DNA of 64,000 bases from an uncultured Eubacteriales bacterium. Lineage in GTDB: Bacteria; Actinomycetota; Coriobacteriia; Anaerosomatales; JAAXUF01. The position numbers were made by a program, and so were the translations under genes. Where the stretch lies: NCBI GenBank assembly GCA_964388455.1, contig CAYMAN010000001.1:27158-91157 (forward strand), read 5' to 3'. Positions within the stretch are counted from its first letter, which is position 1. Every line of letters begins with the position of its first letter. Positions 36,536 to 46,842 of this stretch are shown in pieces. The notes under the pieces were generated by a model. It was not told where the DNA came from, searched no databases, and saw only the letters and a program-made list of their open reading frames with translations.

Positions 36536-36627
36536 AGAGTTCCGTCCGTCGCTTATCCGGAGCCTGATAGGTCGAATAAGCAACAACTATTCCACACTTA
36601 TCGCACAAACGGAAGCGGCAGTGCGCT

Positions 36628-37356
36628 CTAGCCGATCGAACAGCCCACCCCACGGCCGCCATCTCGCACCATGGCGATCAGTCGGGATCGCCCGGCGTCG
36701 CTCAGCCCCAGATCAGCGATCTCGCCCTCGAGCTGCGCCTTCGTCCCGTCGCCAGCGACGTAGCCGTTCACGTGCGCGGCGGACGTGCTCTCGCGCAGCG
36801 CGGCCTCGTCATCGCCGAACATCGCGTTGAAGTCCGTCGCCAGCACGCGGTCATTTCGCAGATAGTACTTTTGGTGGTAGTCCTCGGCGTTCCAGAAGCG
36901 CTTGAGGGGCTCGATGCGTGTGGCGAGCGGGCGTCCACCGAGCACCGCCGAGAACCTCGCGGCCCGCTCCTCGGCGACTGCCAGTTGCTCAGCGTCGTGC
37001 GCGAGAATGACGGATGCGTACTGCTCCTTGTGCGCGACCCACGTGGGGTTGTGCGAGGCGAACGCGAGGTCCACCAGCTCCGAATAGGTGATCACCGAGG
37101 GCTCGAAGTCGACCTGGAAGCACTCGGTCTGATCTCGCAGGTCCCGATAGGTGGGGTTGGCGTAGTCGCCGCCGGCGTACCCGACCCGCGTGCGCCAGAC
37201 TCCTTCGACGAGCCCGAACCGGGCGTCAGGGGTCCAGAATCAACCGACACCGAACGTCGCCGTGGCGAGCACGCCGGGAACCTGCAGGTCCAGGGCCGGT
37301 ATCGCGAGCGGCTCGGGAGTGGCCGCCGGTTCTTGGGATCGAAAACCTCGGAACAT
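36628..37356 (-). CDS. msrA: peptide-methionine (S)-S-oxide reductase, probable selenoprotein (TGA 37242..37240 read as Sec)
   Basis: ATG 37356 with GAGAGGAGA SD. ...ATFGVG-TGA-FWTPDARFGLVEGVWRTRVGYAGGDYANPTYRDL..., in frame with track ORF 36628..37095. The TGA sits at the Cys of the MsrA GCFW motif. Later motifs: RFWNAEDYHQKYY. Confidence 0.7.
37207..37227 (-). other. putative bacterial SECIS hairpin
   Basis: mRNA GACGCCCGGUUCGGGCUCGUC begins 13 nt after the UGA. 3-bp lower stem, 2-nt 3' bulge, 4-bp upper stem, GGUUC apical loop at about +23 to +27 from the U of UGA. Confidence 0.45.
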
Positions 37357-37403
37357 GCTGTCTCCTCTCGTTTCCGACTTCTGGTGCAAGCGCCGCGCCA
37401 GCC

Positions 37404-38627
37404 CTACTCCTCCAGCGCGTTGGCGAGCTGTTCGAGGAAGAGTCCCACATCGGTGACGATACCCACTGTCTGCCACGAGCCTCGGTCCGCGAGCTTGGTC
37501 ACGACCGCCGGATTGATGTCGACGCACACCGTGGTGGTCGACGCAGGCAACATGTTGCCGGTAGCAATCGAGTGCAGCATCGTCGAGAGCATCAGGCACG
37601 CACCGGCACCCTGCGCGTAGTGGCGCATCGCGTCCTGCGCCTCGATCACGTCGGTGATCACGTCCGGCAGCGGACCGTCGTCGCGGATCGAGCCCGCGAG
37701 CACGAACGGCGTGTTGGTCTTCACTAGCGTGTACATGAGTCCCTTGGTGATGACCCCCGCGTCAACCGCAGCCTTGATCGAGCCGTAGCCGCGCACGGTG
37801 TTGATTGCGCGCAAATGGTGTTCGTGCCCGCCAAACGTCGGCACGCCCGTCTCCAGCGCCACGCCCAGCGATGTCCCGTACAGCGCGCTCTCGATGTCGT
37901 GCGTCGCCACGGCGTTCCCGCCAAAGAGCACGGTGATGTAACCCATGTTCACCAGCCGAGCGAGTTCGTCAGCGGCACCCGTGTGAACGACCGCAGGCCC
38001 CACGACCGCGATGACCTCTCGGCCAGCGGTGCGATTGTCTCGGAGCATCTTCGCCACATCGGCCACGACCTGCGCCTTGGGCTTCTCGCTCGATACCGAG
38101 GAGGACATGAACTCGAATGCCTGCTTGTCGCGTGGACGTTCCTGCGGATGAACTCGGATGCCGATGTGGCCGACGACGAACCGGTCGCCCTCGCGCGCGT
38201 CGGCCATCGGGATCGCCTCGGCGGTTCCGGCGACCGGATCGATGCGCACGCCGAGGTCCATCTCGGGATTGGTGACACGGACCCAGGCGCCGTCGATGCG
38301 GATGTCAGACTCCATGTTGGTGGTCGAGTAGAAGCCGTCGGGGAACACACCGTCCATCTGTGCAGGCTTGGTCTGGGCATCAGCCGGATCGACAGACACC
38401 GCGCCGTGCGCTCCCACCTGTCCCAGAATCTCGTCGAGCACCACTTGATCAACCGCGCGCACGCGCAGAACGCACACAGACGGATCGTCATTGGTGCGGC
38501 CGACGTCGAAGCTCAGCGTCTCGAACTCGCCGCCCAGCGCGATGACCGTGTCCATCACCTGCGACATGATTCCCGAGTCGATCAGGTGACCTTCGATGCG
38601 GACGTCTTCGAACACGGAGTGAATCAT
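37404..38627 (-). CDS. TIGR00300-family protein (LOR/SDH-type domain; arginine dihydrolase / archaeal ornithine cyclodeaminase-like)
   Basis: ATG 38627 (MIHSVFEDVRIEGHLIDSG) with GGAGG upstream, inside track ORF 37404..38840. Family assignment is from recalled sequence similarity only. Confidence 0.6.
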   Translation of the reverse strand: MIHSVFEDVRIEGHLIDSGIMSQVMDTVIALGGEFETLSFDVGRTNDDPSVCVLRVRAVDQVVLDEILGQVGAHGAVSVDPADAQTKPAQMDGVFPDGFYSTTNMESDIRIDGAWVRVTNPEMDLGVRIDPVAGTAEAIPMADAREGDRFVVGHIGIRVHPQERPRDKQAFEFMSSSVSSEKPKAQVVADVAKMLRDNRTAGREVIAVVGPAVVHTGAADELARLVNMGYITVLFGGNAVATHDIESALYGTSLGVALETGVPTFGGHEHHLRAINTVRGYGSIKAAVDAGVITKGLMYTLVKTNTPFVLAGSIRDDGPLPDVITDVIEAQDAMRHYAQGAGACLMLSTMLHSIATGNMLPASTTTVCVDINPAVVTKLADRGSWQTVGIVTDVGLFLEQLANALEE

Positions 38628-38700
38628 GATGCCCTCCAAGACAGTAGCGTGAGCGAGTGGGAACCGCGCGACCCTGGCCGAGAGTAGCGGCTTGTCGAAG

Positions 38701-39126
38701 CTAGTACGAGCCGTGCACTCCCAGCATGCCAAAGGTGCACGGCACGACGCTGATACTCGCATCAAGTGAGTAGGCGCCGGTCGCCACGTCAGGGTTTCTG
38801 TAGTCGGCCGGGCTCGGCGCTGCCGGACAGTGCGGCGCAATCCTGAGTGCCTGATCGCGTATCAGCGGATGCGCCTCATTCACGACTCCCTCGAGTATGC
38901 TCGACGGTGAGGCGTTCATTGCGCTCCACGTGCTGACCGCGCCATCGACGATGCGCTGGTTCGAGAAACACGTCTTCTGCTTCGCATTGGCGAGATTGGC
39001 GTAGAAGACCGGGATCGCTACTGCGATGAGCACGCCGATGATGACCACCACGACCATGAGCTCGACGAGGCTGAATCCCTCGGACTGCGTGAGCCGGACG
39101 CTTCGCAATGTCATCGGGATGCGCAT
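38701..39126 (-). CDS. prepilin-type (type IV pilin / pseudopilin-like) protein
   Basis: Class III signal plus methylation motif SEGFSLVELMVVVVIIGVLIAVAIP. Four Cys in the C-terminal globular part. No pilus or T2SS genes nearby. Confidence 0.7.
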   Translation of the reverse strand: MRIPMTLRSVRLTQSEGFSLVELMVVVVIIGVLIAVAIPVFYANLANAKQKTCFSNQRIVDGAVSTWSAMNASPSSILEGVVNEAHPLIRDQALRIAPHCPAAPSPADYRNPDVATGAYSLDASISVVPCTFGMLGVHGSY

Positions 39127-39129
39127 CCC

Positions 39130-39591
39130 CTACGACTCGGACATCGCACGCTTATACGCCACAATCGTCTCGCGATACTCGGGCATCGAGGTGCCGAGAA
39201 TCTGCGTCGCCAGAATGGCTGCGTTCTTGGCGCCGTTGATGGCGACACAGGCGACCGGAACCCCGGTGGGCATCTGCACCATCGACAGCAGCGAATCGAG
39301 TCCGCCCAGGTCGCTGGTCTTCATGGGCACGGTGATGACGGGGAGCGGCGTGAAGGCTGCGACCACGCCGCCGAGATGTGCGGCCTTGCCAGCAGCTGCG
39401 ACGATGACCTTGATACCGCGGTCTCCCGCGGTCGACGCCCACTCGTGAACGCGGTCAGGATTGCGATGCGCGCTTGCCACGACAATCTCGAACTCGACGC
39501 CCAATTCCTCGAGCTGAGTGGCGCATTCCTGCATGACGTCAAGGTCGGACTTGGACCCCATGATGATTCCGACAAGCGGCGTTCCGGCCAT
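39130..39591 (-). CDS. purE: 5-(carboxyamino)imidazole ribonucleotide mutase
   Basis: ATG 39591 ([16 protein letters not shown]) with GGGAGG SD. SAHRNP and [14 protein letters not shown] motifs. Confidence 0.95.
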   Translation of the reverse strand: MAGTPLVGIIMGSKSDLDVMQECATQLEELGVEFEIVVASAHRNPDRVHEWASTAGDRGIKVIVAAAGKAAHLGGVVAAFTPLPVITVPMKTSDLGGLDSLLSMVQMPTGVPVACVAINGAKNAAILATQILGTSMPEYRETIVAYKRAMSES

Positions 39592-39699
39592 CGATTCCTC
39601 CCAATACATCCATCGGTGGTCGTACTCTGCCCGCGCAAGGTATGCGGGCCCTTAGGCGCGAAGCGTATCAGAATCCCGCACGATTGGCTCGGGTTGCCG

Positions 39700-41007
39700 C
39701 TACTTGCAGCCCGCCTCACAGGCCTCGCCGTCGCCAAAGAGCAGCTCTTTCTCGGCAGTGGAGATGCCGGAACGCGCCTGATCGCGCAGGTTGTTCACGC
39801 CGACGAAGAACTCACGCATCATCGCGACCAGTAGGTAGCGACCCTTGGGCGAGAGCACCAGCTCGTCTGAGTTGTCGACCGAGAAGGCGCCAACGGTCCG
39901 CATATACGCGATCTCTACGGCGAGGCCCAGCTCGATGGAGACGCCGAAGTCCTCGATGAACTGCTTCTTGTCGAGCCGCATCCCAAAGAGCGCCATCAGG
40001 AAGCGGTAGCGCATGCGGTCCTTGTGCGCGAACGCGCGACTCTGCATCGCCGGCGTCTTGCCCTCCTCGATGCGCTCCGAGTAGCTCTGGAGCGAGAAGC
40101 TGTTCACGTATATCGCGCCCTCGAGGAAACTGAACGCGCCCGAGCCGATGCCCACGTACTCCTCGTAGTCGACGATGTACTCGTCGATCATGCCGCCGCC
40201 GGTGCGCGAGAACGTCCACGCGCTCGCGGGCGAGAACGTGTCGGCCAGACCGGAGGCGATGAGCTTGTAATAGTCGGCCTCGCGGGCGTAGTCGACCTTG
40301 CCGACGGTGCGGCGCAGCGACTCGCGCACGGCGGGAGACGCCATGAGCGGGTAGAACGTCGTCTGACTGACGCCGGTCTCCTTGATGAACTCGACGTCGC
40401 GCTTGAGCATCTCGGGCGTCTGGCTCGGGAAGTTGAAGATCATGTCGGCGTTAAGCGAGTGGAAGCGGCCTTCCATCGCCTTGAGCCGTTCGAGGATCTG
40501 CGCCGCCGAGCCGTACTTGTCGTAGCGGTCCATCTGCTTGAGCAGACCGTCGTCGAGCGACTGTACTCCCACACTCAGGCGCTGCACGCGGCCGTCGAGC
40601 GGATCCATCCACTGCGGGTACAGGTGGTTGGGGTTGGTCTCCGAGGAGACCTCCTTGATCGAGAAGAGCTCCTTGGCCAGATCGATCGTGGTGACCAGCT
40701 CGTCGATGTCGATGGTGGGGGTACCGCCGCCAACGTACATGGACTCGAAGTCGTAGCCCAGTGCGTGAACCATGCGCATCTCTTCGCGCAGGTTGGTGTA
40801 GTAGCGTTTGGCTCGCTCGGCGTTGAAGGGAAAGCGGTTGAACGAGCAGTACGGGCACAGCCGCTCGCAAAACGGGATGTGCACGTAGAGCAGGTACTGG
40901 CGCCCCGCCACGGGTGTCGGGAGCGCGTCGATGCCCGAGGGCTCGAGCGTCAGGTAGCGGTCGTTGGTCCGCCGCATGACGGCGGTGAGGAGGCGCTCCG
41001 CTAACAT
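39700..41007 (-). CDS. HemN-like radical SAM enzyme (coproporphyrinogen III oxidase family / class C methyltransferase-like)
   Basis: 435 aa. YVHIPFCERLCPYCSFN (CxxxCxxC), YVGGGTP. Confidence 0.8.
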   Translation of the reverse strand: MLAERLLTAVMRRTNDRYLTLEPSGIDALPTPVAGRQYLLYVHIPFCERLCPYCSFNRFPFNAERAKRYYTNLREEMRMVHALGYDFESMYVGGGTPTIDIDELVTTIDLAKELFSIKEVSSETNPNHLYPQWMDPLDGRVQRLSVGVQSLDDGLLKQMDRYDKYGSAAQILERLKAMEGRFHSLNADMIFNFPSQTPEMLKRDVEFIKETGVSQTTFYPLMASPAVRESLRRTVGKVDYAREADYYKLIASGLADTFSPASAWTFSRTGGGMIDEYIVDYEEYVGIGSGAFSFLEGAIYVNSFSLQSYSERIEEGKTPAMQSRAFAHKDRMRYRFLMALFGMRLDKKQFIEDFGVSIELGLAVEIAYMRTVGAFSVDNSDELVLSPKGRYLLVAMMREFFVGVNNLRDQARSGISTAEKELLFGDGEACEAGCK

Positions 41008-42302
41008 GCGTCGCCCCCGCCGGTCCCGCCCGCGAGCGCGCGATGCGCGATGTCGTGCCGATAGAAGGCGCCGTCGAAGCGAATCGCGTCGACCGCACGA
41101 TACGCCTTGTCGATCGCCTCGCGGTAGTCGTTGCCAAACGCCGTCACGTTCAGCACGCGTCCGCCGGCCGACAGCAACGAGCCGTCCTCGGCGAGCGTGG
41201 TGCCGGCGTGATAGACAACGACGCCCGGAATCTCCTCCGCGGCCCCGATGCCGGTGATGAGTTTGCCGGTCGCGTAGTCGTCGGGATACCCGCCGCTCGC
41301 CATCACCACGGAGACGACTACGTCATCGCTCCAAGACAGCGCGCCGAACTCGTCGAGCTGACCGTTCGCAACCGCCGAGAGGACCTCCGCGAGGTCGTTC
41401 TGGAGGCGCGGCAGGAGAACCTGCGTCTCAGGATCGCCGAAGCGGGTGTTGTACTCGAGGACCTTGGGACCCTTGGGGGTGAGCATGAAGCCGCCGTAGA
41501 GCACGCCGCGGAACTCGATGCCTTCCGAGACCATCTGGCGCGCGGTCATCTCGAGGATCTCGACCATGCGCGCGTAGTCAGCCGCCGGGATTCCGGGGAC
41601 CGGCGAGTAGACACCCATGCCGCCGGTGTTGGGCCCCAGATCGCCGTCGAACGCGCGCTTGTGGTCCTGGGCGGGCGCCATCGGCATGACGGTGGGACCG
41701 TCGACGAAGGCGAGCAGTGATACCTCAGGACCGGTCATGAACTCCTCGATCACGACCGTCGCGCCGGCATCGCCAAAGCGGCCGTCGAAGCACTCCTCAA
41801 CCGCCGCGATCGCGTCGGCGGACTCCATGGCGACGGTGACTCCCTTACCCGCGGCGAGGCCATCGGCCTTGACCACGATGGGGGCGCCGACGCGCTGCAG
41901 GTATGCGAGCGCCGGTTCGCGCTCGGTGAAGGTGCGGGCCTCAGCCGTAGGGACCTCAGCGCGCTCCATCAGTGCCTTTGAGAACGACTTGCTCCCCTCG
42001 AGGAGCGCGCCCGCTGCGCCCGGGCCGAAGGTCGAGATGCCGGCGGCGCGCAGGTCGTCCGCCAGACCAGCGACCAGCGGGACCTCGGGGCCGATCACCA
42101 CGAGCGTGATGGCGTTCTCGCGCGCGAACGCGATGACGGCGGCAGGGTCGCCTGAGTCGAGTGCGACGTTGGTGGTGGCGCGCTCGCCTGCGGTGCCGCC
42201 GTTACCCGGCGCGGCGAAGATCGCCTCGACCTGAGGGGAGGCGGCCAGCGAGTGTACGATCGCGTGCTCACGACCGCCGGAGCCGATGACGAGGATGCGC
42301 AT
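41001..42302 (-). CDS. purD: phosphoribosylamine-glycine ligase
   Basis: ATG 42302 (MRILVIGSGGREHAI) with AGGTGA SD. ATP-grasp blocks throughout. Confidence 0.95.
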   Translation of the reverse strand: MRILVIGSGGREHAIVHSLAASPQVEAIFAAPGNGGTAGERATTNVALDSGDPAAVIAFARENAITLVVIGPEVPLVAGLADDLRAAGISTFGPGAAGALLEGSKSFSKALMERAEVPTAEARTFTEREPALAYLQRVGAPIVVKADGLAAGKGVTVAMESADAIAAVEECFDGRFGDAGATVVIEEFMTGPEVSLLAFVDGPTVMPMAPAQDHKRAFDGDLGPNTGGMGVYSPVPGIPAADYARMVEILEMTARQMVSEGIEFRGVLYGGFMLTPKGPKVLEYNTRFGDPETQVLLPRLQNDLAEVLSAVANGQLDEFGALSWSDDVVVSVVMASGGYPDDYATGKLITGIGAAEEIPGVVVYHAGTTLAEDGSLLSAGGRVLNVTAFGNDYREAIDKAYRAVDAIRFDGAFYRHDIAHRALAGGTGGGDAC

Positions 42303-42366
42303 GAGAATCACCTATCGATCGAAACGAAATGTACACACGGCCCTCGCCCTGGAAGGCGGCGGCCCG

Positions 42367-43920
42367 CTAGATCCTGGAGGTCTGCGCCGCCGGCACGAGC
42401 TTTTTGGGCGTCACCTTGTAGCCGAGCGGGATGCCAAAGAGCAGTCGCGTCTGAGCCTCAAGCGCCGGCAGCGTACCCAAATAGAAGCCGAGGAACATCA
42501 TCGTGAACCACATCGCGCCGATCTCGATGGCGGTCTTCGCGCGCGACACGCTGTCGGGTGGCGGACAGCGCCACAGCTCGAACACGATGGTAGACGCGAT
42601 TGTCACACCACCCACGCTGAGTAGTATGCGGAGCACCTCGAGGTTCTGCGCGATTCCCGAGTGCCAGCCGGGACTGTACCAGTGCATGGTGGCGTAGCGA
42701 GAGCTGATCGCGTAGATGCTGGCGAGGATGAACCAGGTCGCGACGCGCAGCACGTGATCGTGCAGCACCTGGCCGAGGCGGAACGTCGTCGAACCGCGCA
42801 TGGCCCCTGGCTTGAGCGCGAGCTGCCCGGTGATGTAGCCGACGTCCTCGGCACCCCACGCGTGGCGCTTGACCTGGTGGAAGCGGTTCGACATCGCGTC
42901 TGCCCAGCCGTCGCCGTCGGTCGCGTCGCCCTGGGTCGGCAGGAACACCGACACCGTCGAGATCTCCTCGCCGGACTCGAACAGGCAGTTCAGGAACGAG
43001 TGCCAGTCCTCGGAGATCACAGAAGGGTCCCACCAGCCGCACCTCTCGGCGAGCTTGAGGGAGAGCGTGTAGGTGGAGATGGGGAGCGGTTGGTAGAACG
43101 GCATCGCGAGCTCGGCCATCTGCATGGTGTGTGACAGCCACGTGATGAAGCGGATGGGTGCCGGCACGTGCCAGATGTTGTTGTAGTAGAAGAGCGGCGC
43201 CTGCCAGAAGGTCAGGTAGCGCTGCTCGTCGGCCGCGAACATACTCGCCACCGCCGAGAAGTACTTGGGGTGCAGCACCGAATCCGCGTCGCAGGAGGTG
43301 ATGGTCGTGAGCTCGAGGTCGACGCCGGTCGCAACGAGGACCTTGTGCGCCTCCTTGGCGGCCCATGCCTCATTGGAGCTCTTGCCGGGCTCGTCGCCGG
43401 GGATGCCGGCGGGGTGTACGGTGACGATGACGTTGAGGAACCTGCCAGCGTACTCGGCGGCGAGCGCTTCGCCCTTGGCGCGCGCGTCGAGCTCGCGCTC
43501 CTCCATGCCGAGAACCGGGATGATCCGCTCAGCCGCGCGATGCTGGGAGGCGAGGCCGTCGAGCGTACGACGCAGGATGTCGATCGGCTCTTTGTAGTTC
43601 GGGATGATGATGACGTGGCGAGTGTCGGAGGGCGCGAAGCCGAAGGGTCCGGCCTCGTCCTCGGCTAGTGTCCAGTCTCGGCTCAGGGCCTGCTGGCGCT
43701 GGCGCTCGCCGTAGAGCGCGAACCCGAAGGTGATGACGCCGCGAACGACCATGTAGCCCATGAACAGTGTCGCGAAGACGAGCCACGCGCGCGGGAACAA
43801 GAACGTACCGAGCACCGCGAAAACGATGAGCGTCCACGACACGATGCCCGGCAGCATGTGTCCAAAATTGCGCTGTGTGCCGTGCTGGATGGTGCCGTTC
43901 GCCACAAGATCTCCCTGCAT
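42367..43920 (-). CDS. membrane-embedded family-2-like glycosyltransferase
   Basis: 517 aa. N-terminal TMs, then VIIIPNYKEP, a DAD-type motif (TSCDADS), WGAED, and C-terminal TM helices. Confidence 0.65.
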   Translation of the reverse strand: MQGDLVANGTIQHGTQRNFGHMLPGIVSWTLIVFAVLGTFLFPRAWLVFATLFMGYMVVRGVITFGFALYGERQRQQALSRDWTLAEDEAGPFGFAPSDTRHVIIIPNYKEPIDILRRTLDGLASQHRAAERIIPVLGMEERELDARAKGEALAAEYAGRFLNVIVTVHPAGIPGDEPGKSSNEAWAAKEAHKVLVATGVDLELTTITSCDADSVLHPKYFSAVASMFAADEQRYLTFWQAPLFYYNNIWHVPAPIRFITWLSHTMQMAELAMPFYQPLPISTYTLSLKLAERCGWWDPSVISEDWHSFLNCLFESGEEISTVSVFLPTQGDATDGDGWADAMSNRFHQVKRHAWGAEDVGYITGQLALKPGAMRGSTTFRLGQVLHDHVLRVATWFILASIYAISSRYATMHWYSPGWHSGIAQNLEVLRILLSVGGVTIASTIVFELWRCPPPDSVSRAKTAIEIGAMWFTMMFLGFYLGTLPALEAQTRLLFGIPLGYKVTPKKLVPAAQTSRI

Positions 43921-44004
43921 GTTCCCGCGGCCCGACTGACCGCAGCACGTCCCGTGATTGTACCCCGCATGCCTCCGAGCAAGCGCTCGACGGATGCCGT
44001 TTCG

Positions 44005-45336
<1,332 letters not shown>

Positions 45337-45521
45337 CTACAGTATAGCGGAGCGCATGAAGGAGCGTGGGTGAATCATGCCGCGCGCACGCGAAACTGGC
45401 TTGAATCCTGCAGGAACCTGCTCACCTCCGCACCGACGGATGCCGATGGGACTATATTGGTGCCCTGCGCACTACGTCAGAAGCTCGCGCCACCGGAGAA
45501 CCCACTGTTGAGGTAGGCCAC

Positions 45522-46706
45522 ATGAGTACCTGCATCTCTAGAAATCGACGGTCATCCCTTCTGCTCGCGATTGCGCTCACGCTCACTGTTTTGTCGATGC
45601 TTGCGTTCGCTAAGCCCGCGTTCGCTGTGAAGTACGACCCGCTGAACGTGATCTCATATGACACCTGGCGTGGCTCGTCGTCGATGTCGGCTGCAGACAT
45701 TCAGGCGTTCCTCGAGACGAAACCGGGCCCTCTCAAGACGCTCGTGGCGAAAGACCACGCGGGAGTCAAGAAGAGCGCGGCGGTGATCATCTGGGAAGCT
45801 GCGCGTTACTGGAACCTGAATCCCAAGGTGATTCTTGCGACGCTCGACAAGGAGCAGTCCCTCATCTCGCAGGCTCCGCACGTCAAGACCGCGACTCACC
45901 CTCACGGGACCTATGACTACCACATCCCCAAGGCGATGGGTTGCGGCATCTACAAGGGCAGCAAGAACACGTATCCGGGGTTTGGGAAGCAGGTCTGGAA
46001 CGGGGCACGCAAGCTGTCGACCTACGAGGTGGCCGGCACAGAGGGTGGCCAGCTGCTCGGCGGCTGGAAGCCCGGGACCGCGATTCGGGTGTACTCCTAT
46101 CCGGCCAAGGCAAGGATCACGATCGTTCCGAAGAACGCCTGCACGTGGTCTCTCTACGTGTACACGCCCTACTATCCGCAGAAGTCGTTCTGGGACATCT
46201 ACGTGCGGCACTTTGGCGACCCGCAGCAACCGGCACGCATGCGGCCGGTGTACCGGTTCGTGCACCGCTCCAACGGGTCGATCCGCTACACGTCGAGCGA
46301 GACCGAGCGCTATGGACTGATCAAGCGCTGGGCTCGCACCTATCGCTACAGCGGTATCGCCTTCTCGGTCGACACGAGCGCTACCGGCAACTCGAAGCCA
46401 CTGTATCGCCTGTATAACCCGAGCACGGAACGGTGGAGGTACACCCCCTACGAGAGGACCCGTACCAGCCTGCTAGCCACACACGACTGGCGCTCCCGTG
46501 GAGCGGTCGCCAAGGTCTCGCTTGGCACTACAGGGACCCCCGTCTACAAGCTGGAGAATCGGCGGACCCACGCGAGCTACTTCACGGCTTCCGCCGCCAG
46601 GAAGCAGGCGATGTGCTACGGCCGCGGTGCAACGCACTACTACCGCGGAGTGGCGTTCCGGCTCGAGAAGTCGGTTACCGCTACGATTCCGGTCGGTTCG
46701 CCGTAG
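45522..46706 (+). CDS. secreted protein: unassigned N-terminal domain plus three C-terminal P.Y(R/K)..N.....Y(T/F) repeats
   Basis: Signal peptide LLLAIALTLTVLSMLAFAKPAFA. Repeats PVYRFVHRSNGSIRYTSSETE / PLYRLYNPSTERWRYTPYERT / PVYKLENRRTHASYFTASAAR. Confidence 0.6.
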   Translation: MSTCISRNRRSSLLLAIALTLTVLSMLAFAKPAFAVKYDPLNVISYDTWRGSSSMSAADIQAFLETKPGPLKTLVAKDHAGVKKSAAVIIWEAARYWNLNPKVILATLDKEQSLISQAPHVKTATHPHGTYDYHIPKAMGCGIYKGSKNTYPGFGKQVWNGARKLSTYEVAGTEGGQLLGGWKPGTAIRVYSYPAKARITIVPKNACTWSLYVYTPYYPQKSFWDIYVRHFGDPQQPARMRPVYRFVHRSNGSIRYTSSETERYGLIKRWARTYRYSGIAFSVDTSATGNSKPLYRLYNPSTERWRYTPYERTRTSLLATHDWRSRGAVAKVSLGTTGTPVYKLENRRTHASYFTASAARKQAMCYGRGATHYYRGVAFRLEKSVTATIPVGSP

Positions 46707-46842
46707 TAGCACACGGGACACGTGCGCCGCAGATTGGTCGTTGCGGTCAGGTGTGACTGAGCCCAGGGCTGTACAACTCTGAGGTTACGGAGTAGGCTAG
46801 TGAGCGATAACTAACTCCGACTCCGAGCCACTGAGGATATTC

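Noticed and set aside
36628-37095. Treating the 155-aa track ORF as a complete, or pseudogenised and truncated, msrA
   Set aside because: Its first codon is an internal GTG with no SD. The frame continues upstream through a single TGA into a properly initiated N-terminus carrying the MsrA active-site context. Sec read-through fits better, although a TGC-to-TGA pseudogene cannot be excluded without checking for the sel genes.
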